Source: Alphaproteobacteria bacterium
GTDB taxonomy: Bacteria; Pseudomonadota; Alphaproteobacteria; RF32; CAG-239
DNA: 64,000 bases
NCBI GenBank assembly: GCA_017475705.1
Contig: JAFVFB010000008.1
Span: forward strand, 17,483 to 81,482
Direction of reading: 5' to 3'
Positions 1-9,754 of this stretch are shown piece after piece. Within the stretch, counting starts at the first letter, position 1. Every line of letters begins with the position of its first letter. A model generated the notes under the pieces. It had not been told where the DNA came from, did no database searches, and worked only from the letters and a program-made list of their open reading frames with translations. The translations under genes and the position numbers were made by a program.

Positions 1-629
1 TTCTGCCAAGGGCATAATAAACATTGCGGTTTTTTAGGTGTGCAAATAGTGGCACCCAAATCCATGATGGCAGAAGTATAATCAGCAGCATGGCTATGAC
101 TGATGAGAGCGGAAGCTTTTTGGTAAATAATACCTTTTATTTGCTCAATAGGTTGTGACAAATGATAAAAACGAGTTATAATCCTCATAACATTGCCGTC
201 AATAACTGTTTCTGGTTGATTAAAGGCTAAAGCCAAAAAACTAGCAACAGTATATGGCCCGATACCTTTGAGTTTTAATACTTCTGCACGGGTAGAAGGA
301 AAAATGCCGCCATACTCATAAACAATCATCTGTGCAGTAGCATGCAGAGAGCGGGCACGATTATAATAACCGAGTCCTTGCCATAACTGATAAACTTCTT
401 CTATCGGTGCACGGGCAAGGTCTTGAACAGTGGGAAAACGAGCCATAAAACGATGAAAATAAGGAATAACTGTTTTAACTGTTGTTTGCTGTAGCATAAA
501 CTCTGAAACTAAGATAACATAAGGATCAGCCTGAGCACCATCCTTAAAACGCCAAGGTAGATTTCGCCCATGGCATTGATACCATGCTAAGAGTAATTGA
601 GATAAATTGGCTTTAACCACAGCCTCCAA
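1..629 (-). CDS. mutY: A/G-specific adenine DNA glycosylase MutY, N-terminal part (3' end lies beyond window start)
   Basis: The minus-strand frame is open from the window edge. My translation reads ..LLLAWYQCHGRNLPWR..DPYVILVSEFMLQQTTV..GLGYYNRARSLH..LKGIGPYTVASFLALAF..VIDGNVMRI..DLGATICTPKKPQCLLCPW, i.e. HhH-GPD plus the start of the 4Fe-4S Cys cluster. The start codon is uncertain (TTG at 629 or GTG at 620). It is absent from the ORF track because it is truncated. Confidence 0.85.
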   Translation of the reverse strand, partial: MEAVVKANLSQLLLAWYQCHGRNLPWRFKDGAQADPYVILVSEFMLQQTTVKTVIPYFHRFMARFPTVQDLARAPIEEVYQLWQGLGYYNRARSLHATAQMIVYEYGGIFPSTRAEVLKLKGIGPYTVASFLALAFNQPETVIDGNVMRIITRFYHLSQPIEQIKGIIYQKASALISHSHAADYTSAIMDLGATICTPKKPQCLLCPWQ

Positions 630-673
630 ATCCTTATAAAAAAAATCGCCACAGAACGGCGATAAAACAAATA

Positions 674-747
674 TGGCTGCTTGACCTGGATTCGAACCAA
701 GATTAACGGAGTCAGAGTCCGCTGTCCTACCATTAGACGATCAAGCA
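674..747 (-). tRNA. tRNA-Gln (anticodon CUG)
   Basis: The reverse complement is TGCTTGATCGTCTAATGGTAGGACAGCGGACTCTGACTCCGTTAATCTTGGTTCGAATCCAGGTCAAGCAGCCA. Acceptor stem TGCTTGA/TCAAGCA, anticodon loop CU-CUG-AC, T-loop GGTTCGAATCC, encoded CCA. Confidence 0.85.
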
Positions 748-881
748 ATAACAAAACGTTTGTATAAATAGTATGCTTTATTTTAAGTGTCAATCATTTT
801 TGTAATGTTTTGAAAAAACTATTTGCAAAAAAGGAAAACAATCTCTATTTTAATGAGGTATTTAATAAAGGAGAGGTAAAT

Positions 882-1253
882 ATGGCAGAGGCAATAAGTT
901 CTTCAATGTTAAAAAAACTTAAAGATTTTTTAATTGGTAGGAAACACGGGGAAATTTCCCCTAGTGAGGCCGAAAAAATACAAAAAGCTTCATATGCGTT
1001 AACACATGCGGAAATAAAGAAAAAATTTTCGCCAACATACCTTTCTATCCTTTCTGGTTTGGAAAGTGAAGAAATACAACTTTTTGAAGCATCTGTGCAT
1101 TATTTAGTACAAATTGCAGCTAATAAAAGCGAATATCGCCAAGAAATTATAGAAATTTTAAAAAATGAAATAACCGCAAATCATAAATTAAATCCGCAAT
1201 ATCGCGAATATATTAAGCAACAGCTAAAAAATATTTCAAAAAAACAATCATAA
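882..1253 (+). CDS. hypothetical protein (helical, K/E-rich)
   Basis: The ORF track starts at TTG 810. The internal ATG at 882 is preceded by the SD aaaggagagg and is the likelier start. No domain recognised. Confidence 0.5.
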   Translation: MAEAISSSMLKKLKDFLIGRKHGEISPSEAEKIQKASYALTHAEIKKKFSPTYLSILSGLESEEIQLFEASVHYLVQIAANKSEYRQEIIEILKNEITANHKLNPQYREYIKQQLKNISKKQS

Positions 1254-1268
1254 ATTGTATACTACATA

Positions 1269-1296
1269 TTGACTAAAAAAATAATAGTATTATAAA
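1269..1296 (+). promoter_or_regulatory. sigma70-type promoter candidate for cspA (TTGACT-16-TATAAA), leaving a ~60-nt 5' UTR
   Basis: TTGACT at 1269-1274 and TATAAA at 1291-1296. A long leader is typical of csp genes. Confidence 0.5.
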
Positions 1297-1362
1297 CAAG
1301 ACTGTGTAATGAAAATTCTACAGATTTTAGATAATGAAACTTTTTTAAATTAAGGAGCGAAT

Positions 1363-1566
1363 ATGACAACAGGAACTGTAAAGTGGTTTAACTCACGTAA
1401 AGGATATGGATTTATACAACCTGAAAACGGAGGAAAAGACGTTTTTGTTCACATCACAAAGTTAGAAGAAAAGGGACTAAGAAAACTCTATGAAGGACAA
1501 CGCGTTAGCTACGAAATATATGATGACAGAGGCAGAACCGCCGCTGGTGCAATCGAAATTTTGTAA
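1363..1566 (+). CDS. cspA: cold-shock domain protein CspA family
   Basis: 67 aa. RNP1/RNP2 motifs [15 protein letters not shown] and DVFVH. SD aaggag lies upstream. Confidence 0.95.
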   Translation: MTTGTVKWFNSRKGYGFIQPENGGKDVFVHITKLEEKGLRKLYEGQRVSYEIYDDRGRTAAGAIEIL

Positions 1567-1597
1567 GACAGAAATAAGACAGAATACAGGAACTGGA

Positions 1598-1626
1598 AGA
1601 GCCGCTTAAAAGAGCGGCTTTTTTGT
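1598..1626 (+). terminator. intrinsic terminator after cspA
   Basis: Hairpin agccgct/agcggct (1600-1606 and 1613-1619) followed by a T-run. Confidence 0.8.
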
Positions 1627-1738
1627 ATGGAAGTATCAGATTTTTTTATTTACATATTGCAAAATCTTTGCTAGAAAAAGGGCAATTATGAGCAGATAGA
1701 CATCTCATTGTTACGATAACTGTTTTTTAGGAAGATAA

Positions 1739-3508
1739 ATGTTTCAGAAAATTAAAGACAAGATTATGAGCACCAATATTGTGGTGGATTATAAGAAAAT
1801 GTTGCCATATGTAAAACCTTATTGGAAGAAAGCTATTATTGCTGTGTTAATTACTTTGCCGATAGGTTCTATGGATGCGGTAATTGCTTGGGCATTGAAA
1901 CCATATATGGATGTGGTTATGGTGGAAAAAAGCACAATAGGTAATTCGACAATCTTTATTCCGATTCTGATTGTTGTTTTTAGCTTGTGCCAAAGTTTGT
2001 TAACCTACGCTGCAACATATCTTAATACATGGGTCGGCAATAAAATAGCATTAGATGTTAAAAAGAAACTCTTTTACAAATTAATGCACTATAACGCGGC
2101 ATTTTTTGATAAAACGACATCTGGAAAAATTATGCAAAGGTTTAATAATGATGTTGATGCAGCGTGTAGCGGTTTGCTTAAAAATATGAAATTATTCACG
2201 ACCAGATTATTTTCTTCGCTATCCCTAATTGCTGTATTATTTTATAATTCTTGGCAATTAGCAATTGTGGCAACCATTGTGTTATTTGGAGCACTATTCC
2301 CGTTGACGCGTGTACGCAAGCGCTTGAAAGGAATTATGAAAAAAACAGTGAATACCGGGGCTGCTGTGATGACACATTTTAATGAAACATATAGTGGCAA
2401 CAGAATTATCGCCTCTTATAACCTTTACGATTATCAAAATAAGCGCTTTCAAAATACTTTGGATAGTGTGTTTAATCTGGGTATCCGTATGGTAAAAAGA
2501 ACTGGACTATTATCTCCCTTAATGCACTTTATTGTTTCTTTTGGTATTGCTGCGGTTATTTGGCTTGGTTCATATTTAATTGTAACCCACCAAATTACAG
2601 CTGGTAGTTTTGTTTCTTTTATTGCCGCATTAATCATGCTATATAATCCTATAAAAAGCATAGGGAGTAACTATAATAGTGTACAGATGGCACTGATGGC
2701 AATGGAAAGGGTCTTCCAAATGCTCGAAAATACTCCTGAAATCGTTAATTGTGCACAACCTAAAAAAATGCCAACACCATCTCAAGGAATTGAGTATAAA
2801 GATGTGTGCTTTTCTTATGTAGAAGGAAAGCCTGTCCTTGATCATGTCGATCTGCACATAAACATTGGTGAAACGATTGCTTTTGTAGGTAACTCTGGCG
2901 GTGGAAAATCAACGTTGGTGAACTTATTGCCTAGATTTTATGACGTAACATCTGGACAAATTTTAATTGACGGCATTGATATTCGAGAACTAGAACTTGA
3001 TTCCTTGCGCGAAAAAATAGCTATTGTTTTTCAAGATAATTTCTTATTTGGTGGCACCATTCGTGACAATATTGTGCTCGGGAAAGAAAATGCCTCGGAA
3101 GATGAAATTCAAAAAGCCGTTAAAAGTGCTTGTTTAGAAGAATTTATCTCTACATTAGAAAATGGTTTGGATACAGAAATCGGTGAAAGAGGTGTACTCC
3201 TTTCAGGAGGGCAAAAACAGCGTATTGCTATTGCACGTGCGTTTATCAAAAATGCCCCAATTGTTATATTGGATGAAGCAACCTCTGCATTGGATAATAA
3301 ATCTGAAGCAATAGTGCAGCAGGCAATAGAAAACCTGATGGCTGATCGGACGGTGTTTATTATTGCTCACCGCCTATCAACCGTACGTCATGCCGATAAA
3401 ATTGTGGTTGTAAATTATGGAAAAATAGCAGAAATCGGAACGCATGAACAATTGATAGAAAAGGAAAACGGTATATATTCTGCACTGTATAAAACTCAAT
3501 TACGCTAG
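1739..3508 (+). CDS. ABC transporter, fused permease/ATPase, MsbA/lipid-exporter-like
   Basis: 589 aa with an N-terminal 6-TM ABC membrane domain. Walker A GNSGGGKST, signature LSGGQKQR, Walker B ILDEATSALD, H-loop AHRLST. Confidence 0.85.
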   Translation: MFQKIKDKIMSTNIVVDYKKMLPYVKPYWKKAIIAVLITLPIGSMDAVIAWALKPYMDVVMVEKSTIGNSTIFIPILIVVFSLCQSLLTYAATYLNTWVGNKIALDVKKKLFYKLMHYNAAFFDKTTSGKIMQRFNNDVDAACSGLLKNMKLFTTRLFSSLSLIAVLFYNSWQLAIVATIVLFGALFPLTRVRKRLKGIMKKTVNTGAAVMTHFNETYSGNRIIASYNLYDYQNKRFQNTLDSVFNLGIRMVKRTGLLSPLMHFIVSFGIAAVIWLGSYLIVTHQITAGSFVSFIAALIMLYNPIKSIGSNYNSVQMALMAMERVFQMLENTPEIVNCAQPKKMPTPSQGIEYKDVCFSYVEGKPVLDHVDLHINIGETIAFVGNSGGGKSTLVNLLPRFYDVTSGQILIDGIDIRELELDSLREKIAIVFQDNFLFGGTIRDNIVLGKENASEDEIQKAVKSACLEEFISTLENGLDTEIGERGVLLSGGQKQRIAIARAFIKNAPIVILDEATSALDNKSEAIVQQAIENLMADRTVFIIAHRLSTVRHADKIVVVNYGKIAEIGTHEQLIEKENGIYSALYKTQLR

Positions 3509-3520
3509 AAGGAGAACAAT

Positions 3521-3862
3521 ATGCCATATCTAACTATATATACAAATGTAAAATTAGATAGCGCGGCCGAAATAGCTGAACAAGCATCTGCCTTAACAGC
3601 TGATATCTTAAACAAACCACAGGACTATGTTATAACCAATATTATTTTTAACCCAGCAATGGCTTTTGGTGGCAGTAGTAACAACAAAGGAGCACTGATA
3701 GAGTTGAAATCTATCGGCCTTGGCAATAAAAATAAATTTATTGCGGAAATGACAGACTTGGTGGCTCAAAAACTGAATATTTCCAATAAACAATATATCG
3801 CAATAGGGCTAATCGATATGCCGGCAGCGTATACGGCCTGTGCCGGTAGAGCCTTTGCTTAG
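3521..3862 (+). CDS. MIF / D-dopachrome tautomerase family protein (tautomerase superfamily, Pro-1)
   Basis: 113 aa. MPYLTIYTNV..NKPQDYV..PAMAFGGSSNNKGALIELKSIG..AGRAFA aligns block for block with human MIF as I recall it ([43 protein letters not shown]). SD gaaggag. It starts 12 nt after the ABC exporter. Confidence 0.85.
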   Translation: MPYLTIYTNVKLDSAAEIAEQASALTADILNKPQDYVITNIIFNPAMAFGGSSNNKGALIELKSIGLGNKNKFIAEMTDLVAQKLNISNKQYIAIGLIDMPAAYTACAGRAFA

Positions 3863-3865
3863 AAT

Positions 3866-5233
3866 TTAATGCTCCGCATAGGGATTATCAGCTTTCCGCA
3901 CCGTAAAACGTAGCGGAATGCCATGTAAATTAAAAGTGTCACGTAGTTGATTTGTCAAATAGCGTAAATAAGAATCTGGCAGGCCTTCAGGATTACTCGA
4001 AAAAATATAAAATGATGGTGGGCGTGTTTTTGCCTGTGTAATATATTTCAGTTTAATGCGCCGTTTATTTTTCCCTAATGGGGCAGGATTCTGCTCTTGC
4101 ACATCTCTAAACCACTGATTAAGAGGTGCAGTCGGTATGCGAACATTCCATCTTTCATATACTTTTATGACTGCGCTCAAAAGCTTATCTAAGCCACGTT
4201 TTTTTAAGGCAGAAATCGTAACTGTTGGTACACCATCAGCTTGCGTTAAAGACGTTTGCAACCGATCATTAAGTTTGTCTAAAGCCTCTTTCTTATCAGC
4301 AATATCCCATTTGTTAAGCGCAATAACCAGTGCACGCCCTTCATCCAAAACCTTACGGGCAATCGTTAAATCTTGCTTATCTAACACCCCATCAGCATCC
4401 AAAACTAAAATAACAACTTGAGCCATATTAGCGGCATAGAGAGTACTTTCAACAGACATTTTCTCTATCGCCCCGCTGACTTTTGCCTGCTTGCGTAGTC
4501 CTGCAGTATCCACTAAATGCAATTGCCAGCCCTTCCAACTAAGCTTCGAGGTAATGGCATCTCTAGTCAGGCCCGCCTCAGGACCAGTCAACATACGCTC
4601 ATCATTTAACAAGGCATTGACAAGCGTGGATTTTCCAACATTGGGGCGTCCAACAACCGCAATCTGTATTGGTCTCTGTTTAAAGGCATCCATGTCTGCT
4701 AGTTCTTCTGCGACGGCATGATCAACAAAATTTTCATGAGCAGTATCAAAAGATTTTAGTTGTACATAGAGTTCATCAAAGCCAATACTATGTTCCGCAG
4801 AAAAAATCAGCGGCTTCCCCAAGCCTAATCGATAAGCTTCATAGATGCCTAGTTCTTGAGCTTTGCCTTCACATTTATTAGCCAATAATATCACCGGTTT
4901 TTGACATTTTCGAACCAAATCAGCAAAATGCTCATCATAGGCCTGTATGCCGCTACGAGCATCAAACAAAAACAGCACAACATCAGATTCATCAATAGCA
5001 CGATGTGTTTGCTGCCACATCCTCTCTTCCATCTGGCCAACAGTAGCCTCTTCATAGCCGGCAGTATCAATCACCGTCAATTCTAAATCTTTATATTTAG
5101 TATTAATTTCTTTGCGATCACGTGTAACGCCAGGCAAATCATGCACAAGCGCCAATTTTTTACCGACCAAACGATTAAATAAGGTCGACTTACCAACATT
5201 CGGCCGACCGACAATTGCAACCTTAAGGGCCAT
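3866..5233 (-). CDS. der: ribosome-biogenesis GTPase Der (EngA)
   Basis: Tandem GTPase domains: GRPNVGKST twice, DTAG twice, NKCE/NKWD. C-terminal KH-like domain. Confidence 0.95.
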   Translation of the reverse strand: MALKVAIVGRPNVGKSTLFNRLVGKKLALVHDLPGVTRDRKEINTKYKDLELTVIDTAGYEEATVGQMEERMWQQTHRAIDESDVVLFLFDARSGIQAYDEHFADLVRKCQKPVILLANKCEGKAQELGIYEAYRLGLGKPLIFSAEHSIGFDELYVQLKSFDTAHENFVDHAVAEELADMDAFKQRPIQIAVVGRPNVGKSTLVNALLNDERMLTGPEAGLTRDAITSKLSWKGWQLHLVDTAGLRKQAKVSGAIEKMSVESTLYAANMAQVVILVLDADGVLDKQDLTIARKVLDEGRALVIALNKWDIADKKEALDKLNDRLQTSLTQADGVPTVTISALKKRGLDKLLSAVIKVYERWNVRIPTAPLNQWFRDVQEQNPAPLGKNKRRIKLKYITQAKTRPPSFYIFSSNPEGLPDSYLRYLTNQLRDTFNLHGIPLRFTVRKADNPYAEH

Positions 5234-5317
5234 AAAATATTCCTTTTTTACCTAACTCAAATCAATTAGGATAACCATAACATAATACTTTGAATTTTTC
5301 AAGAGCTAAAAATATCG

Positions 5318-6250
5318 CTAATCTTTGATAAACAAAGCATACTGCTCTGCAAAAAAGTGCGGCCAAATTTTATAACATTCAGTAAGAATAAGTTTCATAA
5401 CCTGCTGAACCGAAGGGTGCGCAGCAGGATGACAGCGTAGAGAAAAAATATGCTTCCACTCTGCAACGTTAGCAGTCATAATCATATCAGCTTTAGTCGA
5501 ATGCGGCAAGATCATGCGCAACTGATCCCCTTTAGCACCAAGTTTTGCCATCTCCATATATGATGTTTCGATATCATTCATCGCCTTTAACCAAATATGA
5601 TACATATCTGAATCTTTCTCAATATTACAAGGCTCAATCATAGTAAGTTCAGCACCAAATTTCCCCTTAGAATAATTGCAATACCGAGTCGATTCAATAG
5701 AAAAAGAGGCTAACCGATGACGTGTGACATCTTTATACGCGCCTAGATCACAGATAGAATGCGTGGTTACATAATTATGTATCTCAGAAAAACGAGACTG
5801 CTGTATTCCTTCAATTTTCAAATCTTGAAAATAGGGAATAGCGTTTTCTTTGATAAAAAATAGAGGATTTCCAATCAGCAACAAAAAATCATGGATATCA
5901 TGGCGTCGTGCCAAATCACGAAAAGATCGGATATTACCTGAAACAATCAATGTCTCTTGATGTAAAAGCGGATCTTGCTCAATAGAGCAATACAAGCCTG
6001 AAACATTCTTAAGTTCAAAAATAAGATGATTTTTTGTGGTAACAGGCATAGAAAAGATAACATTGGCATGTTCAATAACGGATTCGTGTCCACTCTTCAA
6101 TATACCACTGATAAAAGGAGCAGCGGTTTCTGTTGTAATTGCATTTTCTGATTTATAGCAAGTACGACCACACCGCTCAATATGAGTACAAATCTCATCC
6201 AATCGATTAAGAGGATATACTTCCGAAGCAACATTAACCAATCTAACCAT
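5318..6250 (-). CDS. thyX: FAD-dependent thymidylate synthase ThyX (long form)
   Basis: ThyX signature RHRLASFSIESTRY (RHRxxSxxxxSxR), plus SVIEH. Confidence 0.85.
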   Translation of the reverse strand: MVRLVNVASEVYPLNRLDEICTHIERCGRTCYKSENAITTETAAPFISGILKSGHESVIEHANVIFSMPVTTKNHLIFELKNVSGLYCSIEQDPLLHQETLIVSGNIRSFRDLARRHDIHDFLLLIGNPLFFIKENAIPYFQDLKIEGIQQSRFSEIHNYVTTHSICDLGAYKDVTRHRLASFSIESTRYCNYSKGKFGAELTMIEPCNIEKDSDMYHIWLKAMNDIETSYMEMAKLGAKGDQLRMILPHSTKADMIMTANVAEWKHIFSLRCHPAAHPSVQQVMKLILTECYKIWPHFFAEQYALFIKD

Positions 6251-6273
6251 ATATACAGTCCTTTTATAAAATA

Positions 6274-7596
6274 CTACTTAAATATAATAACATCCGCATC
6301 ATCCGAAACAGCAATAACTCTTTCTTGTGCGGCTATTAAACCATTACTGATGTCAACTCCTAAGTCCGTTTTTGCTTTAACCGTTCCTCCAAGGGCATCA
6401 ATCTTTAAAACCTTTCCGTTTGAAAAAGCCAGTAAAATATAATTATTAAGCATAAGTGGAGGAGCCGGATAAATAATAGACTTATTATTATCTTCATCAT
6501 CTAAATACGCTTGAACATCTAAAGACCAGATAACATCACCGGTTGTTTTTTCGACAGCATACAAAATGTTCTTATTCGAAATAACAAATAAATATGAACC
6601 GGCTAAAAGCATGTTTTGCATGGAACCGACTTCTTTTTCCCACAATTTATCACCGCTGCGCATATCAAGAGCCAACATGCTATTGCTGTTACTGATAGCA
6701 TAAATGGTTCCATTTTCTACAATCGGTGAAGCCCCAATAGTATTAATTTCTGTTGACGAACTGACCTGTTTATTAGCAACCAACATTGATGACCACAGTG
6801 GTGTCCCGACCGTGGCATTCAAAACTACAATTTCACCATTTGAGAAACCTGCAATAACAGCATTCTCTTCTGAATCATATGCGGGACTTGCACCTCCGGC
6901 AATGACTGTATCTTCATGAGCAACCCCAAACTTCCACAACTCTTTACCATTGCTTTTATCTAAGGCATATAGTGTATTATCAACCGTTTGCACTAAGAGC
7001 ATATCAGCTGTAACGGTTGGTGCAATACGGATAGGGGATTCCATAATTCGGCGCCAAATAGACTTACCAGTTGCCGCATCCATTGCAAAAACACCGCCAA
7101 AACCTGTCGTCGCATATAAAAAACGCTCATCAACAGCCAAGCCGGAAGCGCGGCTCTTTGTCTCCTTAAAACCACCAATTTTAGCTTTGAGATTATTTTC
7201 CCACAAGCGCTTGCCTTTCTTTAATTCAAAAGCACTGACCAATCCACGGCTGTCCATTACAAAAACGCGATCTTTATTAACGACCGGGGCGGCCATAATA
7301 ATATCACGTTTATTCACACCTTTTCCAAAATTTTCAGCCCACTGCTCTTTTAAGGTTAAACCAGCTTTTAAATTGCCAATCACGTGCTGCGGATTAATAC
7401 TAGTCTGAGACCAAGAGGAATTAAGCCTAGCTGCCGGTAAACTCGTAATTTTTCTGTTACTAACAGCAAGGTTACCTATATTATAATCTTCTAAAACAGC
7501 AAGACGTGTCCCCTGAGGTAATTTTTTATTTTGCGAACAGGCTACAAGACTAAGCAAAATTCCACATAAACAGAGTCCTTCATAAAATCGGCGCAT
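6274..7596 (-). CDS. bamB: outer-membrane assembly lipoprotein BamB (PQQ-like beta-propeller)
   Basis: Signal peptide with lipobox LSLVAC. Repeated propeller blades (..G..lW..). Sits between the yfgM-like gene and der, the canonical proteobacterial synteny. Confidence 0.85.
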   Translation of the reverse strand: MRRFYEGLCLCGILLSLVACSQNKKLPQGTRLAVLEDYNIGNLAVSNRKITSLPAARLNSSWSQTSINPQHVIGNLKAGLTLKEQWAENFGKGVNKRDIIMAAPVVNKDRVFVMDSRGLVSAFELKKGKRLWENNLKAKIGGFKETKSRASGLAVDERFLYATTGFGGVFAMDAATGKSIWRRIMESPIRIAPTVTADMLLVQTVDNTLYALDKSNGKELWKFGVAHEDTVIAGGASPAYDSEENAVIAGFSNGEIVVLNATVGTPLWSSMLVANKQVSSSTEINTIGASPIVENGTIYAISNSNSMLALDMRSGDKLWEKEVGSMQNMLLAGSYLFVISNKNILYAVEKTTGDVIWSLDVQAYLDDEDNNKSIIYPAPPLMLNNYILLAFSNGKVLKIDALGGTVKAKTDLGVDISNGLIAAQERVIAVSDDADVIIFK

Positions 7597-7638
7597 ACCA
7601 AACTCCCTAAATTATATCATTAAAGCATGAATAATAAA

Positions 7639-8370
7639 CTATTTTTGCATATCGTTAATCGAAGCAAGCATATCATTTATCCGTGCACGAAACTCATCAG
7701 AAATATGACTATTAGTCAAAAGCTCCTGATAAATAGATTTTGCTTTGTTATAGTCTTTATTCTGAATAGCAGACATCGCTAAGAGCTCTTGTGCCATGTC
7801 TTTCCATGAACTAGTCTCGCTCTGTGCAATCACAGATAATAGATTATCAATCTCTGTATAAGGTGCTGTATCTATCTTGTATGTAGCAAGTTTAATGGCT
7901 GCAATTTCTTGAATTTTATTTGCAACATCAGCATCTTTATGCAGTTGCTCAAGACGAGCAAGCCCCTTTTCAATTTGATTATTATCAAGTAAAATATTGG
8001 CAATTTGTAATTGTGCCATATCTCTGTATAATCCTTTTTCTGAGGCAACAATTGCTTCCAGTTCAGCAATATTGTCTTCATAATTGGTCGTATGAGCAAG
8101 AGCGTGTACGTATTGAACATTCTTCTGCTCAGCCTTTCGAATACGCCATTGACCAATTTTTTCATAACCGACAGCCAAAGACAAAGCAATAATCAAAATA
8201 AATAAAATAACACCACCGTATTTATTAATCAGATTCTTAAATTTCTCATTTCTCACATCTTCATCAACTTCTTCGAAAAAAGCCTTTTCCTCATCTAAGT
8301 TAAAATAAGGATTGTTACGTTGCTTTGAATTTGTAGTAACTCTAGTATCGTTTTTTGCGTTTTTAGCCAT
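7639..8370 (-). CDS. YfgM-like membrane-anchored TPR protein
   Basis: 243 aa with a single N-terminal TM helix (GGVILFILIIALSLAVGY) and a helical TPR-like periplasmic part. Located upstream of bamB. Confidence 0.7.
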   Translation of the reverse strand: MAKNAKNDTRVTTNSKQRNNPYFNLDEEKAFFEEVDEDVRNEKFKNLINKYGGVILFILIIALSLAVGYEKIGQWRIRKAEQKNVQYVHALAHTTNYEDNIAELEAIVASEKGLYRDMAQLQIANILLDNNQIEKGLARLEQLHKDADVANKIQEIAAIKLATYKIDTAPYTEIDNLLSVIAQSETSSWKDMAQELLAMSAIQNKDYNKAKSIYQELLTNSHISDEFRARINDMLASINDMQK

Positions 8371-8448
8371 GATAATCTAACCCTCTCAAAAAATATATTT
8401 GATAAAAATATATAAGTATAACTGCTATCATGCAATTAAAATCTCAAT

Positions 8449-9612
8449 TTAATTACCAATTAATTTGCGGATAACAAAATCTTTAAGCCATAATAAATCA
8501 GCAACAGGTAAACGACTGCCGAAAGAAAGAACGCTGTTATCACTAATGACAGCCAAACTGTATCGACCACTTGTGGGATTAAAACTCAATTCAACATTTT
8601 CAATCTGCTGAACTGAAATATCTCCTTTATGAATAATCATTCCTACAGCTTGTTCTATAATTTGCAGATTAAGCTTATTAATAATAATAGTGTAGTGGCT
8701 AAATAGGCGGACCGCAAAGTAAAGTAAACACACAAACAGTAGACCACCCAATAGCCAATAATAAAAAGGCATAACCGCGCCAAGAATAACAAAATAAACA
8801 GCACCGGCGAGCAAACAGAATAAAGCTGTAAAAATCAAAAATAAAAATGTAGCACTAAAAGCATCCCAATAAAAACCACGAGAACGAATAATGGTTTTAT
8901 TTGCCTGTTCTGTGATAATCAAACTTTCTGGGGCGGGAAAATTGCCTCCGGCGATAAAAGGAAGTTTACCTTCCTCGGCAAGTGTCTTAATAGATTTATC
9001 TAAATCTCGATAATCTCTTTGAACCAAGCCTCGATCACCAATGCTGAGTGCTGGTAGCCGGAACATACGAGCATAGCTTTCCCAAATTTTACGAATATTC
9101 TTAGCATGAGTTGATATGTATAAAGGGATAATTTTATCGCGATCTGGATGATACAAATCTATGATGTATCGATTTTTATTAAACAGCCCAGACTGCACAA
9201 ATAAAATTCGTAGGCGTACACCAATATAATTTTCAAGAGGTTCGCAAAACTTATGCTTAACACCTATAGAGGGGCGATAGATCATTTGAAATTCTTTGCC
9301 ATCAAAATAGAATTTTTTATAGCGGAAAAAGGAAAATCCAGAATAAGAAATAAGAATCAGAGAAATCAGAATAACAATGAATGCAAAAAACTCCAGTAAA
9401 AGAAAAGATTGCGTTGTATCTTGCTGAGGTGTGTGTAGAAAACTCAACAGTTCAAAAATACCCAGCCACAGCATTAAAATACCAGAGAAAAAACCCAAAA
9501 GGCCCCATAAAACCGAGGAGCGGTCTGTAACCACTGCCGGTAGTTTATTTAAATTAAAACGAAGCTTGGTACTAAAATGATCAGGAACATGAACCAGCAT
9601 TGAAATCTCCAT
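8449..9612 (-). CDS. hypothetical polytopic membrane protein (two 2-TM hairpin + ~90-aa soluble modules, bPH/YdbT-like topology)
   Basis: Hydrophobic pairs lie at about residues 35-100 and 255-310, each followed by a beta-rich soluble segment. No catalytic motif seen. Confidence 0.5.
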   Translation of the reverse strand: MEISMLVHVPDHFSTKLRFNLNKLPAVVTDRSSVLWGLLGFFSGILMLWLGIFELLSFLHTPQQDTTQSFLLLEFFAFIVILISLILISYSGFSFFRYKKFYFDGKEFQMIYRPSIGVKHKFCEPLENYIGVRLRILFVQSGLFNKNRYIIDLYHPDRDKIIPLYISTHAKNIRKIWESYARMFRLPALSIGDRGLVQRDYRDLDKSIKTLAEEGKLPFIAGGNFPAPESLIITEQANKTIIRSRGFYWDAFSATFLFLIFTALFCLLAGAVYFVILGAVMPFYYWLLGGLLFVCLLYFAVRLFSHYTIIINKLNLQIIEQAVGMIIHKGDISVQQIENVELSFNPTSGRYSLAVISDNSVLSFGSRLPVADLLWLKDFVIRKLIGN

Positions 9613-9754
9613 AAAAAATCAATCCTCACTGCCTAATTATATAGCGTCAAAAAAAATATTCACTACTTTTTTATTAAAACGATAAAAAATGTTTAAAACT
9701 TTTCTTGTCTTTCTGAGATTATCTTGCTAAGGATAAAATAACGAAAGGATAAAA

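Noticed and set aside
587-793. 68-aa minus-strand ORF from the track
   Set aside because: It is read straight through tRNA-Gln (674-747) and the mutY start region. The sequence is low-complexity and there is no SD, so it is spurious.
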